Positions 1 to 8,444 of a stretch of 32,000 nt of DNA are shown here, in pieces. The notes under the pieces were generated by a model. That model saw nothing but the letters and a program-made list of their open reading frames with translations, made no database searches and was not told where the DNA came from. Location of the stretch: positions 240,001-272,000 of the forward strand of contig JAWAHN010000001.1 of the NCBI GenBank assembly GCA_038889235.1. The letters are read 5' to 3'. This stretch comes from Candidatus Jordarchaeales archaeon (GTDB lineage Archaea; Asgardarchaeota; Jordiarchaeia; Jordiarchaeales; Freyrarchaeaceae). Both the position numbers and the translations under genes were made by a program. How positions within the stretch are numbered: the first letter of the stretch is position 1; each line of letters starts with the position of its first letter.

Positions 1-9
1 CTTTTATGG

Positions 10-110
10 AGAGGGGCATTTCCGTTGTCAGAAACATCGGCAACCGCGAATGATGGGGGCTCCCAAAATGGTTGCGGATAACGGATTCCACGCCTCTCTG
101 CAGCATTTTT
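10..110 (+). ncRNA. Putative structured RNA hairpin with a K-turn, followed by an oligo-T tract
   Basis: AGAGGGGC (10-17) pairs with GCCTCTCT (92-99). TCCGTTG (21-27) pairs with TAACGGA (79-85). A 3-nt bulge TCA (28-30) is followed by tandem G.A/A.G pairs (31-32 with 78-77). GCAACC (40-45) pairs with GGTTGC (70-75). T5 lies at 106-110. Folded by eye, at the window edge. Confidence 0.35.
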
Positions 111-150
111 AAAATAGATTAAATAGTCATAAATAATTTGTAATATCTTC

Positions 151-760
151 TTGATGGAGAAGCTTTACACTCTCAAAGAGGCTAAGAGACTTCTGGGCGT
201 TACAACTAGGACTATTCAAAGGTGGGATAAGGAGGGCAAGATTAGGTGTGTTAGGACTGTTGGAGGACGTAGGAGGATTCCTGAAAGTGAAATAAAACGA
301 ATTCTTGGTTTAAGAGAGAAAAGAATCATTGTAGGGTATGTAAGGGTTTCATCCTCAACCCAAAAAGATGATTTAGAGAGGCAAAGGCAGTTGATACTAA
401 CTTATGCCAAGGAAAAGGGTTACGGTGAAGTTCAGGTTCTTTCAGATGTGGGCTCTGGGCTTAATGAGAATAGGAAGAATTTTCTAAGACTTTTAGACAT
501 GGTCTTTGAGAGAAGGATCTCAAAGGTTATAGTTGCTTATGAGGATAGGCTTACAAGATTTGGGATTGAAACTCTGAGGAGAGTGTTCTCAGTTTTGGGA
601 CGGAGATAGAGGTAATAAACCATGGAGAGAAGACACCCAAGAAGAGCTTATTGAAGACTTAATCACTATAGTTTCTCACTTTGCTGGAAAGCTCTACGGT
701 ATGAGAAGCCACAAGTACAAGGAGGTTATTGAAGGTGTCAAGCAGCTTATATCAGGTTAG
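151..760 (+). pseudogene. tnpA: IS607 transposase TnpA, interrupted by two apparent single-base deletions
   Basis: The ORF stops at 609. The family C-terminus continues after a -1 shift at the T4 run (593-596; [13 protein letters not shown]) and after a second -1 shift at the C3 run (636-638; [40 protein letters not shown], stop at 760). Confidence 0.8.
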
Positions 761-1982
761 AGCGTATAACATTAAGCATGGCTATGAAGTTTCAGAGTTT
801 CTGGAAGCGTATAGGCTAATGCTTCAGAGGGCGATAGACGAAATATGGGCTAGGATTAGGTGGGTTGAGAAATTCAATAGATTTGGGAGGCGTAGGATCA
901 TCCCAATCATACCTAAAGATGGAGCGTTCAAGAACCATTACTTAAGGGATTTGTTGATGAAGGATTGGGCCTACTCAAAGCACTACGTCGATTCAGCTAT
1001 TAAGCAGGCATACAGCATCCTGAAGTCTTGGAGGAGAAATTATGTTAAAGGCGAGAAGAGTAGGCAGAAGCCAACCGTCAAGAAAAGGTTTGTTAGAATC
1101 AAGGAGACGTTGTATAGCTTTAGGGATGGAAAGATAAGAGTGAGTCTTAAACCTTATAGGGAGTACCTAGAGTTCGACATCTCAAAAGCGTGGTTTTTAA
1201 AGAAGGTAAGGGGAGAGTTAGGCGAGCTCATACTTGGAGAGAAGTATCTAACGGTCATGTTTAGGTTCAAAGAAAAGAAGGGAGACGCGAAAGGCAGGAT
1301 CGCATGGGACTGCAATGAGAGAAGCTTGGATGGATTTAATCCGAAGCTAGGCTGGGTTAGGGTTGATTTAACGGAGCTCTTCCACATTCACAGGGTCTAT
1401 GAATTGAAGAGGAGGCGGCTGCAGGAGAAAGCGTCTAAGAAGCCCTCGCTCAGAAGGGTTCTAGACAAATATTCGAGGAGGGAGAGAAACAGGGCTAGAG
1501 ACTTCATCCATAAGCTGACAACTTTCCTCTCCAGAGAATACGAAGGATACATACATGGCTTCGAAGACTTGGAGAAGAAGCGGATGTTTAACAGCTCAAA
1601 GAGACATAACAGGGAGGTTGCGAAGAGCAACTGGAAGACCATACAGTCCTTTATGGCATATAAGTCGAAGACAATGCCCATCAACCCGAAGAATACAAGC
1701 AAAAGATGCTCCAGATGTGGGATGATTAATGCCCCGAAAGGAGCGAGATACGAATGCAAGGGATGCGGGTTGAGGATCGATAGACAGCTAAACGCTGCCA
1801 TAAACCTATACCTTCAGATGAAGGGGCTTTCTCCAAGCAAAAGGCTCTTTAATGAGCTGATGAGGGCTTGGAGCGGGTTCACCCTGACAGGGGGAGAGGC
1901 CAATGAGGGCTCCTATGAACTCGTGAGGAGCCCTAGGCTAGTGAACCCCAAGAGCTACGCAAGTCTATCTAAGACTACGTAG
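729..1982 (+). CDS. tnpB: TnpB RNA-guided nuclease family protein (start may be GTG at 735)
   Basis: RuvC-I (IAWDCN), RuvC-II (GFEDL), zinc finger CxxC...CxxC (CSRC/CKGC) and an RuvC-III-like [10 protein letters not shown]. Confidence 0.93.
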   Translation: MKVSSSLYQVRAYNIKHGYEVSEFLEAYRLMLQRAIDEIWARIRWVEKFNRFGRRRIIPIIPKDGAFKNHYLRDLLMKDWAYSKHYVDSAIKQAYSILKSWRRNYVKGEKSRQKPTVKKRFVRIKETLYSFRDGKIRVSLKPYREYLEFDISKAWFLKKVRGELGELILGEKYLTVMFRFKEKKGDAKGRIAWDCNERSLDGFNPKLGWVRVDLTELFHIHRVYELKRRRLQEKASKKPSLRRVLDKYSRRERNRARDFIHKLTTFLSREYEGYIHGFEDLEKKRMFNSSKRHNREVAKSNWKTIQSFMAYKSKTMPINPKNTSKRCSRCGMINAPKGARYECKGCGLRIDRQLNAAINLYLQMKGLSPSKRLFNELMRAWSGFTLTGGEANEGSYELVRSPRLVNPKSYASLSKTT

Positions 1983-1990
1983 CTCAGAAC
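1860..1990 (+). ncRNA. Putative TnpB omegaRNA (reRNA) scaffold overlapping the tnpB 3' end
   Basis: Nested stems: GGGTTCAC (1875-1882)/GTGAACCC (1941-1948); AGGGCTCCT (1906-1914)/AGGAGCCCT (1926-1934); GAGCTACG (1952-1959)/CGTAGCTC (1978-1985) enclosing AGTCT/AGACT. The position matches where TnpB guide scaffolds are known to lie. Confidence 0.7.
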
Positions 1991-2745
1991 CCTAAAACTC
2001 TAACACGGGGACAACTATGCCAACCATTTATATCACTTCCCTTTTTATCGCCTTCCGTACTCAAAGGTCTTAACGGGGAACTACTGCGAGAAAGTGGAAG
2101 CTGCTCTTCTCCAGCGTGCCTTAAGCGGCAACGTGCTTTGTGACGCTATCGTTCAAGCAGTTTTTAACTCTCCTATCTGCGGATGGAGTTTGATGGACTC
2201 AGATGTTCAAAGACCTAAGAAGTATCTTGAAGCCGCCAGGAAGGTTAAGAGTATGGTTTGCAAGCATAGATCCAAGGGTGGTTGCCCGTGTTGTTTGTTT
2301 GGGTTTGCTTGGTTGTTTTTGAATGTCTCGGGTTGGCAGGGGCTTCTCCCTCGGCTCATGCTCACTTGTCGCAGGGTCATCGGGAGCCACATCGGTGAGC
2401 ACCACAGAGCCCGCCTCAACGGATAGGTTTATCACCCCACCCCCTAATGGCCACCCCGCCGTCATCGAGATAGGACACCTAAGCAACTAAAACAACTTTA
2501 AAAACTTTACAGAGACACTGTCTACGTTTTCGGCTCAGTTGTTGGGAGAAGCAACAGCGATGAGCGACATGGACGTAGTGGGTCGCGGAAGTTGGCGGGC
2601 ACAAGTGCTAGATGATGGAAGGTTTACGAGAGCATAGAGGAGCTGGGTGGAGATTCGCGTGATCACCAGGAGGCGGCTGGAAAAATGGTATAGGAGGTTT
2701 ATACCGGAGGGGGCGTCGAAGTTTAGAGGAGCGTGGGGGGGCTGT

Positions 2746-2997
2746 TTAGTCTTCGCTTATCGAGCGGCAGTATCCGAGTATTTCGAAGTCTTCTTCGTCG
2801 AATTCGTCTTCGCTCCAGCTTTCGACTTCTGTAAGGAGCTCTGAGACCGCTGTGTCGCTTCCTGAAATTTCACCTTTCTCCACGCTTAGCCGCCTTGACC
2901 TAGCAGCCTCCTCTATGGCTATCCTGAGGAAGTTTTCAGCCTGCCGCTCGCTTATCCGAAACTTTCTTGCAATGGCAGGAATGATGTCTTTTTTCAT
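2746..2997 (-). CDS. Small hypothetical protein with an acidic C-terminus
   Basis: MKKDIIPAIARKFRISERQAENFLRIAIEE...; host-like codon usage. Start taken at the ATG at 2997; the ORF extends to 3054. Confidence 0.6.
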   Translation of the reverse strand: MKKDIIPAIARKFRISERQAENFLRIAIEEAARSRRLSVEKGEISGSDTAVSELLTEVESWSEDEFDEEDFEILGYCRSISED

Positions 2998-3183
2998 GCG
3001 CAAAAGATCGTTAACGTTAACCTTCAACCAGACCACCACGAAGAGTTTGTTCACTAGAAAGGTGGAACCTTTTTTAAGGGTTGTGAAGCCGGGGGAAGCT
3101 CCTGCGGCAACTAAGTGGAAAAGTTTATTATTAGTCCTGGTCTTCTGTTTATATTTTGCAAAAATAGGTTTTGAGGTGGAATT

Positions 3184-3582
3184 TTGAAGGTTGAAGACGT
3201 TGCGAGACGTAAACTGGTCACATGCAAGATTGACGACGACATCCCATCTGTCGCTAGATTGATGGTTGAGGAGGAGGTTGGGTCTGTTTTCGTCGAGGAT
3301 AAGAGCGGTAAGATCGTTGGCTTAATAACTGATGGACAGATATTCCGGCTTCTTGCCCAGCGCCGGGACACCGCTACCGTTAAGGCGGGAGACATTATGA
3401 CTAGGGAGGTTTACTCGATAGACAAGAACGCGTCGCTTGCAGATGCTTGGAAACTCTTCCAGTCGACAGGAGTCAAAAGACTCGCTGTGACCGACGAGGG
3501 GAGGATAATTGGGGTCTTGAGTAGGAAAGTGGTTCAGCGACTCATGAAGTTCGAGAAGGCGACTTCGCTCGCCCGCAGCTAG
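3184..3582 (+). CDS. CBS domain pair protein
   Basis: Two CBS repeats (VGSVFVEDKSGKIVGLITD; VKRLAVTDEGRIIGVLS). GAGGTGG RBS upstream of TTG. Confidence 0.9.
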   Translation: MKVEDVARRKLVTCKIDDDIPSVARLMVEEEVGSVFVEDKSGKIVGLITDGQIFRLLAQRRDTATVKAGDIMTREVYSIDKNASLADAWKLFQSTGVKRLAVTDEGRIIGVLSRKVVQRLMKFEKATSLARS

Positions 3583-3710
3583 AAGGACGACGCCTGGTTC
3601 TCAGATGGCTTGCTTACCTCTACGACAGCGTCCGTTCGGCTCCTTGCGCGAGGAACTCGTTCTAGCTTGCAGTTCCTCTTGTCCACCTGCGGGGTCGGTG
3701 TTTACATTGT

Positions 3711-3944
3711 TTACATGAATGGCATAGACGATTCTTTCAAATTCCTGATGAACGTGTCGAGCTCTTTTGCGCTCTTGAAAACGTGTATGGTGTTCATGTC
3801 TCTGATTTCTACTATGGCCATTTTTGGCTTGATAGTGACGTAGATGCCGCCTACATTGTCCCAGTGTGTTATGTATTGAAGTTCGTCGCTCCTCCTATTC
3901 CTTCGGAAACCATGCTTAAGGAGAACTTTCTTGAACATCAACAC
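3711..3944 (-). CDS. Small hypothetical protein
   Basis: 77-aa ORF with a plausible alpha/beta pattern and a purine-rich RBS upstream; no family recognised. Confidence 0.6.
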   Translation of the reverse strand: MLMFKKVLLKHGFRRNRRSDELQYITHWDNVGGIYVTIKPKMAIVEIRDMNTIHVFKSAKELDTFIRNLKESSMPFM

Positions 3945-4182
3945 TAACCAACCCCTTAACTCCGCCCTCCAGCAATATCTGGAATTGCCACCACTTGGGA
4001 TATGAGCTTATCTCTTTAAGAAACGCACAAGTAAATTTAAGTTGAAATATGTTTTCGAAAAGTGGGATAAAATAGTTGAGTGGAAAGCTAAAACATATGT
4101 TAAAGGTGTTTCCTGCTTTTTCAGAGTGTAATCAGGTAAACTATGGGTTTTTGTGGAAGAAAAAAACGTTTTTAGAGAAAAA

Positions 4183-4209
4183 TTACCTTTTTTCGTTGAA
4201 AAAAGGTAA
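4183..4209 (-). terminator. Perfect 12-bp inverted repeat just downstream of cbiO, followed by T-runs on the minus strand
   Basis: TTACCTTTTTTC-GTT-GAAAAAAGGTAA, 13 nt past the stop at 4222. Confidence 0.6.
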
Positions 4210-4221
4210 AAAACTACTTTT

Positions 4222-5055
4222 TTAGAAAGCTGGGGTTTTGTTTGTCTTCTTTAAGAGTTTCGAGATTAGTGAGACGGCTTCGTCTAAGGTTAAGGGTTTC
4301 TCCTCTAAATTTAAGGCTTCAGCTAGCCTTACGTATGGTGGGAGGTCGAGGCGCGCCTCTCTGAGAAGACGGGTGTTGGTTAGCGCGCTCCTCACGTCCC
4401 CTTGGTAAATGGTGCACCCGTTTTTGAGCACTACCACTTTGTCGGCGAGTAACGGTACTATTTCAACGTCAAAGGTGGAAAAAATCAGGGTTAGCTTGTA
4501 GCGCTCTTTAAGTAAAGATAGTGTCTGAATTATTCTGTCTCGAGCCTCCGAGTCTAATCCTACAGTTGGCTCGTCGAGGACGAGGATTTTGGGCTTCATC
4601 GCTATGACCCCTGCTATGGCGACAAGTCTCTTTTGTCCCTCGCTGAGAAAGTGGGGGACCCTGTCCTTTAACTCTGTGATGCCAAGCTCCTCCATTGCGG
4701 CTTCAGCTTCTATTAGAGCCTCCTCTCGGGGCATAGTGTTCAGAGGGCCGAAGGCCACGTCATCGAAAACTGTGGGCATGAAGAGCTGGTCGTCGGGGTT
4801 TTGAAACACTACGCCCACGGTCTTCCTAACCCAGTCGAGGTTTTTCTTAGATACTGGTTTCCCAAATATTTTGACGGCGCCCTCGCTTGGAAGAAGTGTT
4901 CCGTTCAGGTGGAGGATCAGGGTTGTCTTGCCGGAGCCGTTTGGCCCAAGTATTGCTACCGCTTCTCCTTCCTCAACGTCTAGGCGAGCACCGCACAGTG
5001 CCTTGGTTCCATCAGGGTAAGCGTGCTCGACACATACTACCTCAACGGCTTTCAA
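4222..5055 (-). CDS. cbiO: ECF/Cbi transporter ATP-binding subunit
   Basis: Walker A GPNGSGKT, Q-loop VFQNPDDQLF, signature LSEGQ, Walker B ILVLDEPT. Confidence 0.92.
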   Translation of the reverse strand: MKAVEVVCVEHAYPDGTKALCGARLDVEEGEAVAILGPNGSGKTTLILHLNGTLLPSEGAVKIFGKPVSKKNLDWVRKTVGVVFQNPDDQLFMPTVFDDVAFGPLNTMPREEALIEAEAAMEELGITELKDRVPHFLSEGQKRLVAIAGVIAMKPKILVLDEPTVGLDSEARDRIIQTLSLLKERYKLTLIFSTFDVEIVPLLADKVVVLKNGCTIYQGDVRSALTNTRLLREARLDLPPYVRLAEALNLEEKPLTLDEAVSLISKLLKKTNKTPAF

Positions 5056-5795
5056 AAAACGAACACCTCCAAGTAGACGAGTAGAGATGAGAAGGCGAGT
5101 GCCGCGGCGACGAAAAGAGCGTCTCGAAGTTTAAAGCGTTCATGGAACGTTGAAGGGATTTTTCCATTATACCCCCTGGAGACCATCGCTATATACACTT
5201 TCTCCGCTCTCTCGTAGCCTCTTACGAAAAGGTCGGCCATAATATTGGCGACGAGCGCCACTTTCCTGGTTAGCGGAGGGTTGCCCCTCGCATTCATGGC
5301 TTTAAACATCCTTTGAGCTTCGTCGAAGAACAGGAAGAAGTACCTTGAAACAAGCATCAGCATGTCAGCGAGCCACGGAGGAGAAATCTTCGAGACGACC
5401 CTTGAAAGACTGGTTATGGGCGTGGTTAACACCAGCAGCAACATGAACCACGCAGCTGTAACAGCTTTAATGACTAGTAGGGCGGCGCTGAGAGGAGGGT
5501 AGCCTATTAACGGCAGGAAAATACAGAAAGTTGCAGCGAAGAAAAGGGGTGCAAGGGACCACGATAAGACGTTTTTCATCGGGAGGCGGGCGAGCAGCAT
5601 GAATGAAACAGCCACTATGGAGGTTAAAGTAACCAGTAAAGCGGTCTTAAGGTAAACGGTGACGAGCACCATGGAGAGAGAGAATACGAGCTTAGAAATA
5701 GTGTGGAAAGTGTGGTAAAATGACTTACGCGTGGAGAAGTACTCGATCATAGGTGTGCTTGGAAGATAGCTTTCAACGACCAGCGGCAAGGCCAC
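5052..5795 (-). CDS. cbiQ: ECF transporter transmembrane T component (CbiQ/NikQ)
   Basis: Hydrophobic helices, RYFFLFFDEAQRMFKAMNARG and AMVSRGY (xRG motifs); overlaps cbiO and cbiM. Confidence 0.88.
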   Translation of the reverse strand: MALPLVVESYLPSTPMIEYFSTRKSFYHTFHTISKLVFSLSMVLVTVYLKTALLVTLTSIVAVSFMLLARLPMKNVLSWSLAPLFFAATFCIFLPLIGYPPLSAALLVIKAVTAAWFMLLLVLTTPITSLSRVVSKISPPWLADMLMLVSRYFFLFFDEAQRMFKAMNARGNPPLTRKVALVANIMADLFVRGYERAEKVYIAMVSRGYNGKIPSTFHERFKLRDALFVAAALAFSSLLVYLEVFVF

Positions 5796-6696
5796 CCTCC
5801 TCCGTTACACGCTGCTCCGCTGTGACAATGTCAGACCTTGACCTCACTATGCTTTGAACTATGACGCCTGTAACAATAGCTTCGATAATGGCTACGAAAA
5901 GGTTTACAGGTAACGTGGCAGCAGTGAAAACTACGAAAAACCGCGTCGGGGATGAAAGCTCAACGGCCCTCAGAACCAAGAACAAAAACTCCTCGAACTC
6001 GGGAGCCGCTGAAAACCAGAACCAGAGAATCAAGGGGTTAGACGACAATTCGTGGACAGTCTCGTGAAGCCAGACATTCCCCAAAACGTACTCGTGCACC
6101 AGTTCATGTACTAACAAGTTTCCCGCCAGCTCTTCAGGAACCAAACAATGCACCAGGATGCTTTCAGCCGCATACTTGCTGAAATAGTATGAAGGAGACC
6201 CAGATATCGAAACTGAAAGTATGCCGCTCGCTAGGAGAGTACTAAGAGAAAGAGGGATGAGCACTGCGGCAAACGCCGACACGTACACCCCAAAGCGTCC
6301 CCTCAAAGCCCTGTAAACCAAGTAGGCGGCAATACACTCAAAGTAGAGGACAAGCATGTTAGCTCCAAGAACAGTGACACCACCATGCCCAATCAGAGCT
6401 GCGAGAGCGCTGACAACCAAGACGACTAAAGCCGACGCGATGGGGCCAGCAACAATCCCCGCGAGAGGGGTCATGTTCATGTGAGTACCACCAAAAGGCG
6501 ACGGTACAGGAATAAGCATGGCTACGAAAACGATCACGGTAAGGAATGCCGCCGCCACCCTTTGTTTAAGCTCCAGCCGTCTGCCACCAAAAATCACAGC
6601 TAAGCCAACCAGTAGGCCGGCTGCTAAAAACCACAACACACACCACTCTAAAGGCATAATTCCGTCAGGGAGGTGAACGTGAGCCAATAAAACCAC
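5773..6696 (-). CDS. cbiM: Co/Ni ECF transporter S component (CbiM/NikM) with a long His-rich insertion
   Basis: N-terminal HLPDG, conserved His in GGTHMN, GHGG(V/I)TxLGAN motif and C-terminal IEAIVTG. Confidence 0.85.
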   Translation of the reverse strand: MVLLAHVHLPDGIMPLEWCVLWFLAAGLLVGLAVIFGGRRLELKQRVAAAFLTVIVFVAMLIPVPSPFGGTHMNMTPLAGIVAGPIASALVVLVVSALAALIGHGGVTVLGANMLVLYFECIAAYLVYRALRGRFGVYVSAFAAVLIPLSLSTLLASGILSVSISGSPSYYFSKYAAESILVHCLVPEELAGNLLVHELVHEYVLGNVWLHETVHELSSNPLILWFWFSAAPEFEEFLFLVLRAVELSSPTRFFVVFTAATLPVNLFVAIIEAIVTGVIVQSIVRSRSDIVTAEQRVTEEGGLAAGR

Positions 6697-6719
6697 CGTT
6701 AATAACTGAGAAGGAATAA

Positions 6720-6727
6720 TTAATAAA
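6720..6727 (-). promoter_or_regulatory. TATA-like box for the cbiMQO operon
   Basis: TTTATTAA on the minus strand about 24 nt upstream of the GTG at 6696, consistent with a leaderless or short-leader transcript. Confidence 0.4.
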
Positions 6728-6816
6728 TTTTACTAACTTTACTGAAAAAAATAATAAAGGGAATTAGGCACTAGACGGCTTAAGATGCAGGGAAAAAGGA
6801 GGAGGAAAAAGGGGTT

Positions 6817-7842
6817 TTACGCCCTTTTCTTCCATGCGAGGAATGCTGTTGTGGCTGCTGCTAGGGCCACTGCGAGGCCCCCTGCTGCGATGAAAAGTTT
6901 AAGCTGCTGGGAGGATTGCTGTAAGAAGTAGAGGAAGATAAGCATTTGCTGTTCTGGAGTGGTAAACACGAGACTATAATCCTGTAAGTCAGCTGTGTAT
7001 ATTAACTCTCCTTCTATCGAGAGGCCGAGTTTTGCGATGTTTTTAACTTCAGGCGAGTACCAGACAGTTAGCACGCCGGGGCATTCAGTGTACTCTATTT
7101 TCCAGCATTCAAAGGTTCCAGCTGAAACAGTTACCTCTTCTACTCCTGTGACATTGAGGGGAGGGAACAGTAAGAAGAGAAAGTCTGTGGACAAAGATAT
7201 TGTTGATGAGGGGGTCATATTGTTCCAACTGCCGTTGTAAACGTAGAGGTAGCCTTGAAACGTGCAATTTAGTTCACTCGTGTAGTTGCCGAATGTTGAG
7301 TTGACCGTTAGGGGGAACTTGAGAAGATATGGGTATGCTTCTTCGAAAAGTAGGGTGGCATTGAGATCAATTCCAGCGTTATTCGATTCGTCCAGGTAGT
7401 AGAAGTAGATGTGTATGCCGACTAGCTCATTGTTGGATTTTGTTAAGTAGAATTCGGAATAACTGCTGTTCTTGAGAATTTCTACAAATTCAGTTACACT
7501 TACATTTCCTGCAAACAAGTCTGAACATAAGAGGTATAGTAGGAAGAAAGTAGATGGATCTAGAGCAGGTTGGTGTCTGAAGACATAGCAGTCCTTAGGG
7601 GTTCCATTGAACGTTATTACGTTTTGGGTTCCGACGATGGAGTATGTGAGAGGAGTGCTCGTAGTAGTATTATTTGACGTGACCGTGATTGTCATGTTGT
7701 ATCTCCATGTATCTCCTACAGTGTATGCTGGTTGTTCTCCAGTTATCGCTAAGACAGGTTGGGGGACAAGTAGTACTTGCAGCAGAACGAGGGACAACAC
7801 TGAAGCAACTAAAATTGCTACCAGCAAACGAGAATTTCTCAT
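6817..7842 (-). CDS. Secreted, C-terminally anchored cell-surface glycoprotein (hypothetical)
   Basis: Signal peptide (MRNSRLLVAILVAS...VLA), C-terminal TM plus WKKRA, about 13 N-X-S/T sequons, beta-rich AGTFECWKIEY segment. Confidence 0.8.
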   Translation of the reverse strand: MRNSRLLVAILVASVLSLVLLQVLLVPQPVLAITGEQPAYTVGDTWRYNMTITVTSNNTTTSTPLTYSIVGTQNVITFNGTPKDCYVFRHQPALDPSTFFLLYLLCSDLFAGNVSVTEFVEILKNSSYSEFYLTKSNNELVGIHIYFYYLDESNNAGIDLNATLLFEEAYPYLLKFPLTVNSTFGNYTSELNCTFQGYLYVYNGSWNNMTPSSTISLSTDFLFLLFPPLNVTGVEEVTVSAGTFECWKIEYTECPGVLTVWYSPEVKNIAKLGLSIEGELIYTADLQDYSLVFTTPEQQMLIFLYFLQQSSQQLKLFIAAGGLAVALAAATTAFLAWKKRA

Positions 7843-8092
7843 TAACTCACTACCAGTTGTTTCGTAAATAATCCTGAAAGGTATTAATAAACTTTCTGGG
7901 AAAAGGTTTCCCCAGTGAGGGGGCTGCGAAGGCGCGAAACACGCGTTTTAGTAGCTGAACTAGGTGCTGACGTCTTTCATTGCGAAAGATTTAATATGCA
8001 AGTTCTGGTAGTTGTAGGTGGTGTTCGCTAGCTTCTTGTTTTAAATGGGTGTAGAGCACCTTTGTCGTTCAAATTTACAGGGGTGGTTGACT

Positions 8093-8281
8093 GTGGACGT
8101 CTTCGAGTTCGTGGAAAAAGAGGTGGAACGGTTGACCTTAGAGGAAGAAAAGGAACTTAGGAGGCTCAACCTCACTAGGGAAAGATTCGCCTTCATGCTG
8201 AAGGAGCTGCTGGAAGCTGCTAAGGAGAAGAAGGATAGGCAAAAAATCATAAGCGAAATACTGTCTAAGTACACGAATTGA
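8093..8281 (+). CDS. Small helical hypothetical protein
   Basis: MDVFEFVEKEVERLTLEEEKELRRL...; E/K-rich. GTG at 8093 follows a GGGGTGG RBS; the ORF extends to 8045. Confidence 0.55.
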   Translation: MDVFEFVEKEVERLTLEEEKELRRLNLTRERFAFMLKELLEAAKEKKDRQKIISEILSKYTN

Positions 8282-8444
8282 AACAAGTGGGGGAGGCTCA
8301 GTTTTCGGAGAACGCTGGTTAGGATGTTTTGCTTTTTGATCAAGCAGACTGGTTTGGCTCAGGATGCTTTCTTAGTTTTAGGAGGGCAATGGTTTTAAGC
8401 GTTGGTGGTTTTTAGTGATGGGGAACTGTGGAAGGTGATGGCGG

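Larger units (their letters stand above)
110..1990 (+). mobile_element. IS607-family insertion sequence (tnpA serine recombinase + tnpB); exact ends uncertain
   Basis: A MerR-like HTH plus serine recombinase ([16 protein letters not shown]) overlaps a downstream TnpB with RuvC motifs and a zinc finger. This is the standard IS607 layout. Confidence 0.9.

Noticed and set aside
590-640. tnpA frameshifts as introns
   Set aside because: No BHB fold is present, and the protein length fits single-base deletions in homopolymers.
6670-6700. Possible second BHB at the cbiM start (AACG/CGTT helix with GTG and CAC as bulges)
   Set aside because: There is no outer stem, and excision would destroy the start codon and the metal-binding His rather than repair them.
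6697-6816. Cobalamin riboswitch upstream of cbiM
   Set aside because: The gap is short and AT-rich, with no B12-box motifs.
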